Assembly (NCBI GenBank): GCA_965215605.1
Contig: OZ244070.1
Coordinates: 448,001-512,000, forward strand
Length of the DNA stretch: 64,000 bases
DNA from: an uncultured Candidatus Binatia bacterium
GTDB taxonomy: Bacteria > Desulfobacterota > Binatia > UBA9968 > JAJDTQ01
Reading direction: 5' to 3'
A model generated the notes under the pieces. The model had not been told where the DNA came from. It saw nothing but the letters and a program-made list of their open reading frames with translations, and made no database searches. Below, piece after piece: positions 63,780 through 64,000 of the stretch; position 1 is the stretch's first letter; every line of letters starts with the position of its first letter. A program made the position numbers and the translations under genes.

Positions 63780-64000
63780 CTACGGCTTTTGGCGGGTAAG
63801 TTGATCGATGTAAGCTTTGATCTCGGCCAACTCCTCGCGGAAGTGCTCGGCGTTCGCAATGAGTCGTTCTTGGATTTGGTAGAGCTTCTCGATGGCTCTG
63901 CCCAACGCTGCCGCCAGTTTCGCGTTTCTCCGCTTCTTGGCGATGGCGTAGCCTGCAACCCCAAAGATGGCCACCGGCGCTGCCAGGACGGACACTCCGG
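63780..64000 (-). CDS. Hypothetical protein, C-terminal part (TM plus coiled coil); 5' end outside the window
   Basis: Frame is open to the window edge: GVSVLAAPVAIFGVAGYAIAKKRRNAKL...EELAEIKAYIDQL. Confidence 0.7.
   Translation of the reverse strand, partial: GVSVLAAPVAIFGVAGYAIAKKRRNAKLAAALGRAIEKLYQIQERLIANAEHFREELAEIKAYIDQLTRQKP

Overview
High-GC bacterial window, probably from a deltaproteobacterium-like lineage. Binatia or a sponge-symbiont type is my inference and needs checking with the complete 16S gene in the window. About 1-33 kb is mostly core genome: coxA (partial) and coxB, acs, ispF, moeA, a full minus-strand rRNA operon (16S-tRNA-Ile-tRNA-Ala-23S-5S), the smc-ftsY-zapB-zapA-6S RNA-ygfA-rny-tyrS block, rng, phoU-phoB-phoR and several orphan metabolic or transport genes. 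The main accessory element is an ~18 kb RiPP biosynthetic gene cluster at ~33.8-52.0 kb. Its NHLP/proteusin precursor has an unusually short core, LCCCGI, behind a near-consensus sigma70 promoter. The cluster also encodes the tripartite NHLP exporter (HlyD, C39-ABC, ABC), an MMPL transporter, a fused YcaO cyclodehydratase, two SAM methyltransferases, a cytokinin-dehydrogenase-like FAD oxidase, an unknown protein with a possible ABBA-prenyltransferase fold, and an AlkB-type diiron enzyme fused to a degenerate GlnE-like nucleotidyltransferase domain. Beyond the cluster lie a HemQ/ChdC-type gene, a sigma54 activator with no sensory domain, an M16 peptidase pair, cca, an orphan XDH-family Mo subunit, an orphan SBP, and the edge of a second accessory island of hypothetical membrane proteins. 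Three copies of a GTAG-type REP palindrome are present. All calls come from motif recognition and synteny; no database searches were run.
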